Source of the DNA: Chiloscyllium plagiosum | Taxonomy: Eukaryota | Direction: 5' to 3' | Assembly (NCBI RefSeq): GCF_004010195.1 | Contig: NC_057750.1 | Location: 15,370,537 to 15,434,536 of the forward strand | DNA: 64,000 bases | Shown here: positions 1 through 13,752 of the stretch, piece after piece | How the letters are laid out: the number at the start of each line of letters is the position of its first letter | How positions within the stretch are numbered: position 1 is the stretch's first letter | Program-made: the position numbers and the translations under genes | Notes under the pieces: model-generated | Seen by the model: the letters and a program-made list of their open reading frames with translations, nothing else | Told to the model about the DNA's origin: nothing | Database searches by the model: none

Positions 1-3000
1 AGCAATAGACCACTTCATTAAAACCAAAACAAATGAAATATGGTCTATCCATACAGGTTCCAGACTAGAATCTGACTTGTCTGGCAATAACATCAGCTGG
101 CATCAGAGATTGCATATATGACAACAATTCAAAAAGTAATTCATTGGCTAGGAAAGATTGTGGACATCCTGAAGGATGAGAAAAACAAGATACAAATGTC
201 AATCTTGAACTGTCAGAACTTCAAGATCGGATTTCAGAAATACCACTTTATATCGCATCTTCAGTGTAGGGACATCTGACCATTATGGGACAGACAAAAG
301 ACAATGTGTTGGCTTGAGTGGCAGTGCATCTCAGTACAAATAACATCCACTGCCATGTCCATGAACGTATCCATGCCAGTTCAATACCGTAATTGCCACA
401 AGTTACTGAAGAATATTATCCAGGATGTAATGACAGTGCACAACTTCTTGGAGCACAATAAAACATGCACTTATCAAACATCACAAATCCCTCGTCAACT
501 TGAATGAACAAACATGGCATAACTTTTAAGCCTATTACATTGCCAAGCAACACCAATTAAAAATCGCGTCCAACAAACAAGAGAAATTACAATCCACTCT
601 CAAGTAGGCTCACCACATAACTAAATTCTCTGGTTGTTTTCAGTTTCAATTACATTACAAATTATTTGATTGGGAAATGTATGCAAATTGCAATCAAGTC
701 CAATATCGTCTCAAGAAGTCATTCCATTTACCCATCAGATCCCCCAAACCCTCCTTATTCCATTCTAAGAAACTCTGATAACATACTCCACAAAACCTAG
801 TGAAGAAATTACTCCCATTTCCCTTAATACTCTGAAACTGCATATTTTTAAAATTCCTCCTCTCCCCCCTGTATAAAAGCCCTATACTAAAGCGAACAAT
901 TTAAATTGGATTAGGCTTAATGGACCCAATGGCCCTGACAACCCGAACTGGATTGAATTTGCCTGCTGCAAAGATGAAAAGCATTATGTAGGGACACAGT
1001 GTGATTGCTGCAGATTGTGTGTCACTATTTCAGAACCCAAACCTTCTCAATATATTGTCACAGCTCACTATCACGTTGTTGCTGCAACAAACGTATTACC
1101 ACAAGTTGTCACAAGACTCTGACTGAAGTCAACTCTATCCAGCGAGCAGTATTGTTTAAAAGGACCTGTTCCCATTCCCAAAGTCAGCAGTATATGCTGA
1201 AGACTAGCACCTCTCACCACAAATTCTAACAAATTGCCATGAACATCTGGACTTGATACTGGCCAATCTCCGCCTGTCAACACATACCTACCTCCAGCTT
1301 AGATCCTATCAACCTGCCCAGGAACTACGAAATCTAACTTGAAGGCAAACTCAGCTCCCACACATTCCTAATTACAAAACATTACTTTCTTCCATTACCT
1401 TCTTTTTGCCATTATGTCAGTCTATTTCCACCCAGTCCTGTTTGACATCTACTCTTCCTCTCTTTAAAGAGAAACATCCTGCGTACGAGCAGCAACGTAA
1501 AAAGGCAACTTTTGTATTGTTCCAGATCAGAAAGGGTGAGCACTCAGCATTTGAAACTTACAACAGCTTCAGCAAACAGCTGTGCTAAAAATACAAAGAG
1601 CGACTGGATCAGTACTAGAAACTGACAAGAGCCATTGAACCAAACTTAGTGATTACTGCACTTCACATACTACCGACAATGAGAGATCGGATGGTGAAAG
1701 AATCACACTATCCTTGAAGTGACAAATACATTCCAGAAAACTAGCACACAATACCATCGCTTTGGCACTTGCTCCAGCAACTGCCCAAAGCTGGGAGTAT
1801 TTGATGCAGTTCTCAGTTGTTCTGCAATCTATCACTCCATCAGTGAATTAGTTCAGTGTGTTTCTGCAAATCCGAGTTGAGATTGCTGCGTTATGCAGGT
1901 AATCACACAAATCTAATGCAGACACTTGGCAGCTTCTTGGAATGTTGGATACACTTTCCCCAATATCTCCAAATCCTCACTCAGCCTCCAGAAAAAAAAG
2001 CAAACATTGGTCTCTGTTTGAGCCCATTGTGTTGCTAAGCTAAACACCAACAAACAAGAGAAATTACAATTTACTCCAGTGAGTGGTCCTTCAAGCCTAT
2101 GACATACTTCTCACAAAAGACTGCACTTAATCAACGGCAATTCGGCTCATTGTTCTTCCTTATGATCACTGAGCCGATCAGAGGCCAGTGCCTTATTGTC
2201 AAGCTCCCAACCTACAGCCTCCGGTTCAGCAGCCCAGTTAATACTTGCAACCTATTTATAGGAGCTTTAATGCAAGTCAATCAACCTCCGCAAGCCTCTT
2301 TGTTCATGCAAGTAAGTCCAAATGCATCTTGGGTTTAAACTGGGTTAAACTTATAGCACCACCAGTGATTACGACCAACTGTGGCTTAGTGAATACTACA
2401 TGGTTGATTTGTATTTGTGACCTCATTCGAGTTTGGGCAGAATCAAGGCAGTTTATCTCATGTCCATGCTCTTAAATTAGCCCGATCTCAGACTGAAAAT
2501 CTCTCAATTTCTCCCTTTTCTGTGATGGTTACAATTTGAAGGATTGCCATGCAGTTAAAAACTTGAGAATTCAGTCCAAACTACTTTACAAATAATTTGA
2601 CTGTGAAATAAAGACTGGTACCAAAATCAAGTCATTGGCTGAATTGCATTTTATAGTATTTTTCAATGCAAAGTTCTTGATATAAACCAGATCTGAAGCT
2701 ACAAAAATGAGGCACTCAAATTCTAAAGTGTTCTAAAAGTTCCCAGACAAAACTCTGGAACTTTATAACTAGTTTGCATTTATCCCCAGTGAGCATGTCT
2801 ACCATACTGAAGTTGACATTGATTGTAGATATTCACCTATTCTCAAAAAATGTGGTTACCTCCCACTCTTAAGAGCACAAACATAAATTGAGGAAACAGC
2901 TGCAACACTGAAGGAGGCTAACCAGCTACACATCAATTTTCACTAGTTGATACCTTTCACTCTGGAGTTCTACAATTTTTATTATTTCCAGAGACTTAAC

Positions 3001-3216
3001 CAAGTCCTTTGGAACACCTGATTAAATTTGTCAACACCACATTATCAGGCAGTGCATTCTGAATCACAACCACTCAGAAAAAAAACTCTTGTGCCTATGT
3101 TTTCTTCACCCATCACCTTAAATGACCTTAGGTCTCAACCCTTGCACCAAAAAGGCGGGACTTCTCCCTCCACACCATGTCTTGACCCCTCAAGATCTCA
3201 AAGAAACTTCTCAAAT

Positions 3217-4415
3217 TTAAAGTTTTGATGAAATTGGTAGCTTGGGAGCCGGTTGGATTCGTTGTTGATCTGTTGGCCAAGCTGTCGGCTTGTTAGCAAA
3301 CATTTTGTCCCTTTTCTCGATGATATCATCAGTGCTGCGTCGCCTCCTGTGAAGCACTGCTGTACTGCTCCACTTTGAATTGGTATGATTTTGTTTCAAC
3401 TGTTTCTTGTTGGCGCTGGTTCCGATTTTCCATTGCAGTGCTTTGTACTTTGGGGCCAGGTCAACATGTTTATTGATGGAGTCCGAGCAGGAGTACCGTG
3501 CTTCCAGAAATTCCCTTGCTCTTCTTCATTTGGCTTGTCCTAGTATCATTGTGTTGTCCCAAACTCGCACTTCTTGTTGTCCACATGTATACCAGGGAGA
3601 GTTGGTCACGTTGCTTGGTTGCTAGTTGGTGTTCATGGATGCAGGTCAGGAGTTGTCTGCCTGTTTGTCTGATATTGTGCTTAGTGTAGTCGCTACATGG
3701 ATTTTGTAAATTACATTTGTCCTGCAAGTAGTGGGTATCGGCTCCTTTATATTAGTTAGACACTGTCTGAGAGTGGTTGCAGGTTTGTGTTGTCAAGATC
3801 CCTAGTGGTCAGACCAGTCTGGTTGTCAGTTCCGAAATGTTTTTAATGTATGGGAGAGTAGCCAGTGCATTGGCAGGTGTCTTCTCTTCTTGGTGTTGCT
3901 TGTCTGCCAGGTATCTGCGGACAAAGCTGTGGGGACATCCATTTTTGGCCAAGGACCAGATAGCTACTACATGCAGGACAAATGTAAATTTACAAAATCC
4001 CACACAACGACTGCACTAAGCGGGACAGACAGAACTTGTGCCCATGACTACCAACTAGCAACCAAATAACATGACCAACTGTCCCTCGTACCCAACACGC
4101 TCAACAAGAACATGAGAGAGACTGGGACAACACAACCATCTTAGGACAGGCCAACAAAGAACAGCAAGGGAATTCCTGGAAGCAGGGTACTCACCCTCGG
4201 ACTCCATCAACAAACACATTGACCTGGACCCAATATACAAACCGCTGCAATGGAAACCCAGAACCAATCACAAACAGCTCAAACAGAACTAAATTGAAAG
4301 CAGAACAGTACAGCAGTGTTTCACAGGAGGCAACACAGCACTGATGAGGTCATCTAGGAAGGGGATGAAACGTCTGCCAACAAGCCTACCAGCTCGGCAA
4401 ACACACCAGCAACAA
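3217..4415. mobile_element. Penelope-like element, decayed GIY-YIG/3' region, present as two inverted arms
   Basis: Translations RQTGRQLLTCIHEHQLAT and SINKHIDLDPIY occur on opposite strands. Arms ~3217-3955 and ~3955-4415. Confidence 0.8.
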
Positions 4416-5974
4416 ATCCAACATGGACTCTTCAGTCCAACTTGCCCATGGCTACCGGATATCCTAAATAAATCTAGTCCCATTTGCCAGCATTTGGCAC
4501 AAATTCCTCTAAGCCCTTCCTATTCATGTACCCATCCAGATGCCTTTTAAAAGTTGTAATTTTACATGGCTCCACCACATCCTTTGGCAGCTCATTCCAT
4601 GCTCGCACCTCCTCTGTGGGAAAAAGTTAAACCGCTGGTCCTTTTTTGAGTCAAACGATCGGTTTCGGTGCTGTACAACTCTGACTCTATAAAAGCCGTG
4701 ATCCTGGTCCTGATCTTCAGGCAATACCACCATATATCATCCTCCAGGCTGAAAAAAAACCCACTCACTGTTTCCTGTCACTCAGTGAACCTCTATTAAT
4801 GCTGCTATAGTCACTTTATCCAGGTTGACAAGTTGTGTGGCACTTTAACCAACCACACATATTGCACAAACTGCATTATCCTCAACAACTCTAATTACCT
4901 CAAAAAAAAAACTAAATCATGTTAGTAAAACATAATTTGCCTTTGGCTAATTATAACTTAACTTAAACTTCATTTTCAAAGTGGACCATTAACTTGGTCC
5001 CAAGTTATCGTTTTGAAAAGCATTTTTCTATCCAAAGCATTGCTACACTTCACCCAGACATGCTACTGTGACAGTCAGTCTTTGGGACTCTCTCCTCAAA
5101 GAATAGTGGAAGCAGGGTGCTTGAATATTTTGAAGGCAGAGGTAGATAGACTTTTAACAAACAAAGGGCGAAAGGTTAATGGGGAATGCATAAGGCAGGT
5201 TGCTTCCTCCTGCTACAAATCTATTTGCTCCCATGGAGGGTTGAGAAAGCTAGTGATGAGGTGGCATGTGTGTCATCAATGCACAGTTGGAATTTAAAGC
5301 TGTTTCCCAGGTAAGGTCACCAAAGGGCAGCAACAGATGAGAAACTGAAAGGGACCAAGGATCAGTCCTCGAGAGGCTCCACAAAATACCTGCGTGGGAA
5401 CAGAAAGAGAACTCATTGAAGAAGATCCTATGCAGACAATCAGATAAAAATTGAAGTCAGGTGATAGTAGTCCCACCCAGCTGGCCATGGGGCAAGGTGG
5501 TGATGTGATCAATTATCTCAAGAGGCTACTGACAGGTCGAGAATGGAGAAACGTTTGAGGGGTACTTTACAATCGTCTGTCACTCATGGTACATCTGGTT
5601 TCGATGAGGGACCGCAGCACTGATAAAGAAAAAAAAACAAAGCAAGTTCAAACATGGGATTGCAATTATAAAATGGAGGTGGACTCCAGCAGTGTTGCTC
5701 ACTGAAACATCAGAATTGAGCTGCTGGAATCTACATGGAGCTCAGAATTAGAGAATGACTATTGGTATCAATCTATCTTTCAGTGACACTTACTGGAATA
5801 TTGGACACAGTACATTGGACAAGAAAGGTCTACTTGCTGATGTTAGTACGAGAGTCAGAAGAGAGAAGCAAGCATTTGACAGGATTAGAAGTATTAAAAG
5901 TCAGCACTGAATTCTTGTATATCTGGGTTTACTTTTTAAACAATAGATAATCTCAGTCAAATATACAAAAAATT

Positions 5975-6620
5975 CTGCAAAGATTTGTAGCTCAGGTTGA
6001 GGTTTTGGATGTAGGTTTGCTCGCTGAGTTGGAAGATTCATTTTCAGACGTTTTGACACCACACTAGGTAACATCAACAGTGAGCCACCGGAAGAAGCAC
6101 TGGTGGTATGGCCCGTTTTCTATTCGTATGTTTGGGATGTCCTAGGATGGATGTGTTGTCCCAGTTGAAGTGGTGTCCTTCCTTTTCTGCATGTAAGCAT
6201 ACTAGTGAGAGTGGGTCATATCTTTTTGTGGCTAGTTGATGTTCATGTATCCTGGTGGCTAGTTTTCAGCCTGTTTGTCCAATGTAGTGTTTGTTACAGT
6301 TCTTGCAAGCCCTTTTGTAATTGTACCATCCATCCTAGGACAAGCCAAAGAGAGAATTCCTAGAAGCTTGGCATTCCAACTAGAACTCTATTAACAAACA
6401 CATTGACTTGGATCCCATTTACCACCCCCTGAGAAAAAGAACAGGAAATTACATGACCACAGGAAATGACATCACCAACTCAAGGAAACTCAAACATATA
6501 AAAAGGCAGGCAGGCTACACCACCAGTGCTTCATTCGGATGCTCACTAAAGATGTTTTCCAGTATGGAGGTGGATCGTCTGAAAATGAACTTTCCAGCTC
6601 AGCAAACAAACCTACTTCCA
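5975..6620. mobile_element. Penelope-like element fold-back fragment
   Basis: Same family motifs (gaattcctagaagcttggcattcc...aacaaacacattgacttggatccc). Inverted terminal arms gatttgtagctcaggttgagg / ctcagcaaacaaacctac. Confidence 0.75.
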
Positions 6621-7373
6621 GAAGGGGAAGGCCATTTAGGACTCAGATGAGGAAGAATCTCTTGACCCAGACCGAGGTGAATCTTCCACATTTCTATGCA
6701 AGGGGGCTGTGGATTCTCAATCACAGTATGTTGAAGATAGAGATCGATACGAGTTCTACATATTCAAATATATCAAGGGACAGGGAATAATGCAGGAAAA
6801 TAAGATTAGATCTGGTTGAATGATGGAGCAGGCTTGAGGCCTGAATGGCTGGCCCTCAACATTCACAATTCAAATTAAATAGACAGATTTTGAAAGGAAG
6901 TTCCAAGTGATAATCTCCATTTCCTCAATGCAAACAATTCAGAAAGATCTTTGCTCTGCCCTACAGAAATTAATTGTAGCCTTGGCTGCATGGACAAATG
7001 AAACAACAGCAAAAGCAATGATGAGCTACACTGGCAAATACATGCAGTACTCAATAAGGAATGCAAAACCTGGTAGACACAGTGGTAACCATCTCATAAA
7101 ATGTCTACACACACCATGATGACATTGTGGAGAAGATCAAGAAGGCAGATTTCAACTGTGAAGTGAGGATGTTGGAGATGTTTCAGCTCTACAATAGTCA
7201 GAAGTCTCAGGTAAAAACACAAAAACTCAAATGATGTAAATCCAGAACAGCACCTCCAACTAAAGCATGGAATTACAAGCAAAGAACAAAACTTGAACTC
7301 AGCTAGAAACAGATGTGGAATGATTTCCTCCCCAGGAACACAAAAGGAGTCAGCAAGGCAAGAGAAGCAAATA

Positions 7374-7599
7374 GCTGAAACTTTATTGCTGGAACAGCAC
7401 AGCAGGTCAGGCAGCATCTAGGGAACAGAAGATTCGACGTTTCGGGCACATGCCCTTCTTCAGGAAGATTCCTGAAGAAGGGCATGTGCCCGAAACGTCG
7501 AATCTTCTGTTCCCTAGATGCTGCCTGACCTGCTGTGCTGTTCCAGCAATAAAGTTTCAGCTTTGATCTCCAGCGTCTGCAGACCTCACTTTCTCCTCG
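7374..7599. mobile_element. Short palindromic Penelope-derived insertion with 14-bp TSD
   Basis: Near-perfect inverted arms. aagagaagcaaata at 7360-7373 and 7600-7613. Confidence 0.85.
7464..7507 (+). ncRNA. Minimal type I hammerhead ribozyme motif
   Basis: GAAGATTC-CTGAAGA-A-GGGC-ATGT-GCCC-GAAAC-GTC-GAATCTTC: 8-bp stem I, 4-bp stem II, conserved core, palindromic ACGT stem III. Confidence 0.75.
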
Positions 7600-7689
7600 A
7601 AGAGAAGCAAATATCATATTCGAGACAGTTAAAACTGGACTGAATACTTTCTTCTTTCTTTCTCTGGCAAGGCCAGCATTTATTGAATT

Positions 7690-8036
7690 ATAGAATCCCT
7701 ACAATGTAGAAGCAGGCTATTTGGCCCATTAAATCCACACTATCCCCCCCAAAGAGCATCGCACCCAGTCTCACACCCCCAATCTATCCCCATAACCTCC
7801 CATGGCTAGTCCACCTAGCCTGCATAGCCTTGGACACCATGGGCAATTTAGCATGGACAATCCACCTAACCTACACATCTCTGGACTGTGGAAGGAAACC
7901 GGAGCACCGGAAGGAAACTCACCCAGATATGGGGACAATATACAAACCCCACACAGGCAGTCACCAGAGGATGAAATTGAACTCGGGACCCTGGCGCAGT
8001 GAGGCAGCAGTGCTAACCACAAAGCCACTGTGCTGT
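7690..8036 (-). mobile_element. HE1-type tRNA-derived SINE
   Basis: Minus strand begins gggacagcacagtggctttgtggttagcactgctgcctcac. Central ggtgctccggtttccttccacagtcc core and CR1-like tail. Confidence 0.85.
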
Positions 8037-8355
8037 CCCATTTGTTGCCCATCCCTGATTGCTCTTCAACTGAGTGGCTTGCTAAGCCATTCCAGAGTGC
8101 AACTAAGAGTCAACCACATTACTGTGGAGTCCAAAGTCACATGTAGGCCAGACTAGATAAGGATGGCAGATATCCTTCCCTAAAGGACTTCCATGAGCCA
8201 GAAGGACTTTCACAACAATCAACAATGGTTTCTTGGTTACTCTGACTGAGACTAGCTTGTAATTTCAAAATTTAATTTTAAATTCCACAGTGGGCCGTAG
8301 ACTATTAGCCTGGGCCTCTGAAATCCAGTGACATTACTAGTATTCCATCATCCTT
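8037..8355 (-). mobile_element. Older tRNA-derived SINE sharing an L2-like tail; interrupted by the HE1 copy
   Basis: Homologous to 28610-28910, 36900-37212 and 54600-55030 (tttagggaaggat...tggcctacatgtgact...ttgactcttag). Confidence 0.65.
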
Positions 8356-8842
8356 CCATAAGAAAACAGTCAAAATGTCAAAGAACTGAGCATCAGATAG
8401 ATTCATTGACAATAGGAACTCACTCATTCTTAATTTAAGGATATTGTCCAGGATCAAAGAGCATGCTAACAGAGTGCAACTTAAGTGAGAGACAGTCCAA
8501 CCAATGGCTCCCTCCAGCACTTGTACACCATGACTGTAAGATAAAGTGCTGCTCCTCAGAACAGCTACAAAACAAATAACCACTATCAGTTATAACGGCA
8601 AGACAATGGACATATCAGAATAAGTCACCCTCAGTCACCAACTCTCTTGACTTAGATCAATATACCGATCCTTCCTTGGGTCAAAAGCCAGGAATGCCAC
8701 CCCTGACTGCACAATGGGTGCCCCTCCAGTATACAGGACTGCAGTAGCTCAAGGCTAATTATTACCTTCTCAAGAGCAATTTAAATTTCCACTGTGCTCT
8801 CATCCAGATAGCTAGTGGTGAAAATATAACACAATATCCTTG

Positions 8843-9033
8843 CAGTCGAGAGTCTGTTGCTGGAAAAGCACAGCAGGTCAGGCAGCATCCGAGGAGCAAG
8901 ACAATCGACGTTTCGGGAAAAAGCCCTTCCATCAGAAATCTCCTGCTCCTCGGATGCTGCCTGGCCTGCTGTGCTTTTCCAGCACCACACTCTCTACTCT
9001 GATCTCCAGCATCTGCAGTCCTCACTTTCTCCT
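8843..9033. mobile_element. Short palindromic Penelope-derived element
   Basis: tgctggaaaagcacagcaggtcaggcagcatccgaggagca followed by its reverse complement. Confidence 0.8.
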
Positions 9034-9764
9034 AGTTGACAATATTCTTGCAGTCAGTCAATCTCCAGAAAAAAAAGGAGGAAAAAAGAAAATAAGAAGT
9101 GCTAGTGACGGGCTGTACATTAGAGTCAACAATACTCACCAGAGAGCGTTTGCAAGGAAGAACAGGGCATAATCCACTGCACAACATGAAAAGGTTTACT
9201 GTTTGGATCCAATCCCACTGAAAGACAGTTTGACAGCCTGACAGCCATTTGAAATTGTGAACAATTTCCAGTGTCACAGCATAACCCATTTACCTCAGAC
9301 TACCTACTCCAGATTGAGACTAACACAATTTACTAAAAGCAAAGTACTGGAGATCTGGAATAAACAGTGTTGGAGAAATTCAGCAGGTCCAGCAGCATTT
9401 AGAAAGTCATATCAGACTCTAAATGTAAAATTTGTTGTTGTCTCCAATGATGCAACCAGGCCTGAGTTCTTCCAGTAGTTTTGTACTTTGAACAAAAACA
9501 CTGACCTTCCAGCACCAAAATAATTCTATCAGTTACATCTCGACTTCAAGCCCATACCTATACTATTCTTGTTAGCGTTAAAGTACACCAGCCAGGGCTG
9601 CTTTGTATGTTTAATATCAAGGTGAAGTCCAGCTGAGGGGGCTCTGGGATTGACTTTGCTGTAAGCCTCCAATACAGTGTTGATTTCCCACAACCACTCT
9701 CTCGAAGTGACAGGAAGTGGCCATCCCGAGTCTCTTGGAGGATGGCATGTGGTTGTGCCGCCAT

Positions 9765-9972
9765 AATCTTACCACACCACAGGGCTGCTCTCTCCTCAGA
9801 AAGAGATGAATAGCGGTGATTTAACCCGAGAGCCACCATATCTCAGGTGAGGGGAGAGGTTAAGGAGAGTCCTTCATAGTAACCTCAGCCGGTGATGGGA
9901 ATTGAACTGATGCTGCTGGTATCATACTGCTTTGCAAAGCAATCATCCAGCCAACTGAGCTAAACTGACCCA
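9765..9972 (-). mobile_element. tRNA-derived SINE
   Basis: Minus strand GGGTCAGTTTAGCTCAGTTGG (A box) ... CAGTTCAATTCCC (B box-like). Confidence 0.6.
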
Positions 9973-11639
9973 GGATGTAGTGAGGTGTGGCACTGACAGA
10001 AGAACACACTCATTATCCATATCTATAAAGCTATTCAAAAACTGAAAGTGGTCAATATCTGAAAAATAATGCTGCCAGACTGAACTTAGAATAACTGGCA
10101 AAGTAGCACAATAGACTAATATGTGCCTTCAGCAAAGAGCTCTTGAACAATTGGAGCCAATGGAAATCTCTCCATTTGGGTAGAATCATATTTAGCACAA
10201 AAGAAGATGCATGGGATTGTCAGACTCTAATCATCTCAGGCCCAGGATATCACATAAGGAGTGCCTTCAGCCTAACTAACAGGTCATTATTCTCTCCTTT
10301 ATAAAGGTCAGATGTGGGGCTGTTTATGGACAACTAAAGTTGACTGCATTTGCTATTTCTCAAAATGAAACAGTCCATGTCCCCAGGCAGCAAGACCTGG
10401 CTAGGAGCCAGCTAAGTAGAATGGTGTACTCTCCATTCATGTACATGGAGGCAGCTGCTACATTTCAAAGCTCAAAGTGATTCTACAGCTCAGAAACAAG
10501 CTTCTTCGGAAGCAGTTACTGATGCTATGACCTCAACCTCCTGAACGAGATCACCGTTGCTTAATTTGTCACTCAGTCTTGTTCCTGGAACCTTGTTCAA
10601 CTTTGGAAGCACCTTCATCACAGACCGCAGGGGGCTTTCACATATACAACTCGGAATGGCAAATTTATGGGACTTCTTTGGAGGATGAAGCAAACAGGGT
10701 GAATAAAAGAGAACCATTAGATGCAATTGTTTTGATTCCAAAAGACATTTAATTAGATGCTACATAAAAGGTCACTGCACAAGAGCTTACAGTGCGGAGG
10801 ATAATAATGATGTGGAGGTGCCACTGTTGGACTCGAGTGGACCAGTTAAAAATTGCACAACACCAGGTTATAACCCAACAGGTTTATTTGAAAGCACTAA
10901 CTTTCGGAGCGCTGCACCTTTATCAGGTAGCTGTGTTAGTGTGGATAAAAGGTTTGGCTGGCTAACGATAAAACGAGTCAGAACAAATGGATCATTTTCA
11001 GGTTGTCAAATTGTAATTAGTGGAGAATGCCACAGGGATCAACAGTCAGACTTCACCTATTTAGATTTCTATTACTAACCTGGTTTAAGGGGTCAACTGT
11101 ATCATAATCAAATTTGCTAATCATACATAGATAAGGAGGAAAGCAAGTCGGGAGGAAGATACAGGAGTCCACAAACATGACTGAGCAAAAAAAATGTGGC
11201 AGATGATGTGCAATATGGGAAAATGAGAATTATTAGAAAAGTAATATATTTAAAAGAAAACATGGAAGATGCTGAAAGAATGATTCCCCTTGGGAAAAAT
11301 CTAGATCTGAGGCAGACTAAGAGAATTAAGGGATTTTTAAATTTAAGATAGAAGAAATTCCTCCTGAACTCTATCAGAGATTTGTCTATCTTTTCCCTAG
11401 TGCAGAAGTTAGGACATAGAATATATTCAAGGCTGGGCAACAGACAGTTAAGATGGGCAGGCAGAAAAGTGGATTTCAGGCCACCATCAAATTTAGCCAT
11501 GATTTTATCAAATAGCACAGGAGATTCTATGAGAAGAATGACCTCCTCTGTTCCAATTTATGATTTCAAGAGGTTTCCGAAGCAAAATGCTGGCCTTACT
11601 AACAATGATCACATCCAGAAGGTTACCAGTTCACAGAAA

Positions 11640-12230
11640 CTGATCTGGACCAGCCATACAATTGCTGTGGTTCCAAAGGGATCAGAAGCTAGGAATCCTG
11701 CAGTGAGTAACTCTCATCCTAACTCAAAGCCTCTCCATAAGGCACAAGTCAGGAGTGTGATGGAATACTCCCCAGTTGCCTGGCTGAGAGCAGCTCCAAT
11801 AACATAAGCAGCTTGACACCATCCAGGACGAAGTAACACGCTTGACTGACATCACAAACATTCATTCCCTCACCAATGATCAGTAGCAATGGTGCGTACT
11901 AGCTACAAGGTGCACTGCAGGAACTCAGAGGCTCCTTAGACAGCACCTTCCAAACCCACAACCACCTTGAGGAACAAGAACAGCAAAAATTGTGAATGTC
12001 ACTACCTGCAAGCTCCCTCCCAGGACGCTCACTTTCCTGATTTGGAAACGTAATGCCATTTTTTCAGTGTCACTCCATCAAAAACTTAGAGCCAAAATGC
12101 CGTGAGGGAGGGAGTACTATCTATACCAATGGACTATAGTAGTTCAAGGCAGCTCACCACCACCTTCTCAAAAGAAACTGGGGATGGGCAATAAATGATG
12201 GCCCCAATATCAATACATGTTTCCCACAAA
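11640..12230 (+). mobile_element. L2/CR1-superfamily LINE 3' fragment
   Basis: KAQVRSVMEYSPVAW translation. Tail ggcagctcaccaccaccttctc...gggatgggcaataaatg. Confidence 0.7.
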
Positions 12231-12908
12231 TAGTATTTTTTAAAATACCTTTTTACAAAAATATAACTTCACATCTCAGCAAAACTCCACTTTTCAACCG
12301 TACAAACTGTTTATATCCTTTGTTAAAGAACACCATTGGGGAAAACCAAAACAGTACATTATTTGCGAGAAGAAAGATGCACAGTATGAGAAGAGGTAAT
12401 ACTAGCTGGGACAGGTTAAAGATGACTTGAGGATAAGCCATTTCACATTTTATTGAGGGGCAACATTTGGCATGATTTAAAACATTGCTCCAAGAGACAA
12501 CTATTACTGCAAAATTAAAATGGAAATTTCCTGTATAGTCCAATTCTTCAGTGGTTAAAACACTGCATGACAAAAGGCACAATCACAGATTCACAAATTC
12601 CAGGTTAACACCACCACCAACTTCCTACGTCCAATCTGTCCCCAAACCAGCCAGGGCAACAAGACGAATCACAACTGAAGACCACTTTGATAGTTACTAG
12701 GATATGCTATCCCAACTTTAAACATTTACAATTCCTGCAAAATAGTTGCCTGGCAATACCAAACTCCAAAGATGCTGAAAAATACCATTCCACAATCTGT
12801 TGAATCTTTATGTCTTGCACTCATGAAGACAAATGCAAGAACGCCGAATTTCAAGAGGTGCGACAATACATTTTTGAAATTTACTAATGTTGAGTCTGTT
12901 CTGATGAG

Positions 12909-13134
12909 AGTCAAAAGTGTGATGCTGGAAATGCACAGCAGGTCAGGCAGCATCCAAGGAGCAGGAGAGTCGACGTTTCGAGCATGAGCTTGTCAGGAAT
13001 GTCATTCCTGACCAAGGGCTCATACTCAAAATGTCGATTCTCCTGCTCCTCGGATGCTGCCTGACCTGATGTGCATTTCCAGCGTCACACTTTTGACTCT
13101 GATCTCCAACATCTGCAGTCCTCAATTTCCCTTC
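12909..13134. mobile_element. Palindromic Penelope-derived insertion with ~11-bp TSD
   Basis: Inverted arms. gttctgatgag 12898-12908 / gtcctgatgag 13135-13145. Confidence 0.8.
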
Positions 13135-13557
13135 GTCCTGATGAGCGCAAAATGAAAAACATCAACAGTGTCTCTGAGTAGAAGTCCCCTGGCACCTGAA
13201 CAGAATAGTTATTGACTCAATTTAAGTATAAAAATGGACTGCATGTTAGGAATAGAGTCAGGAATGCGGAGGAAGAATTTTGTGCAATGTTCTAGCCATT
13301 AACTGCTGTTCAGCATTCATGAAAATAGTACAATGTCAGTATAGAATGGGTATGCAACTGTCCGGATTTAAATTGGTTCCCAGATGAGCAGAACATTAAA
13401 ACAGTCTCTTGCTATCCCTCATTAGTAATTGAATCAAGGCTTTACCAATGCTTTGTACAAGATTACACCACTGCTTTGTACAAAGTACCAAATCAAATCA
13501 GCATATCCCTACAATGGAATTGACAAGCTCTTGAGAAACTCGCACACAAGTCCCAAC

Positions 13558-13752
13558 AAAAACCCAAAGAACTGCGGATGCTGGAAATCAGAAAGAAAAC
13601 CAAAAGTTGATGGAAAACACAGCAGGTCTGGCAGCATCTGTGGAGATAAAGCAGAGTTGACTCAAATCAGAGACCAGTGACCCAAAACATTAACCCTGCT
13701 TGGTCTCCACAGATGCTGCCGGCCTGCTGAGTTTTTCAGCAATTTCTGTTTC
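13558..13752. mobile_element. Palindromic short element, second Penelope-end family (also ~9335-9490, 17296-17515, 30620-30910)
   Basis: cagcaggtctggcagcatctgtggaga ... tctccacagatgctgccggcctgctga. Confidence 0.7.
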
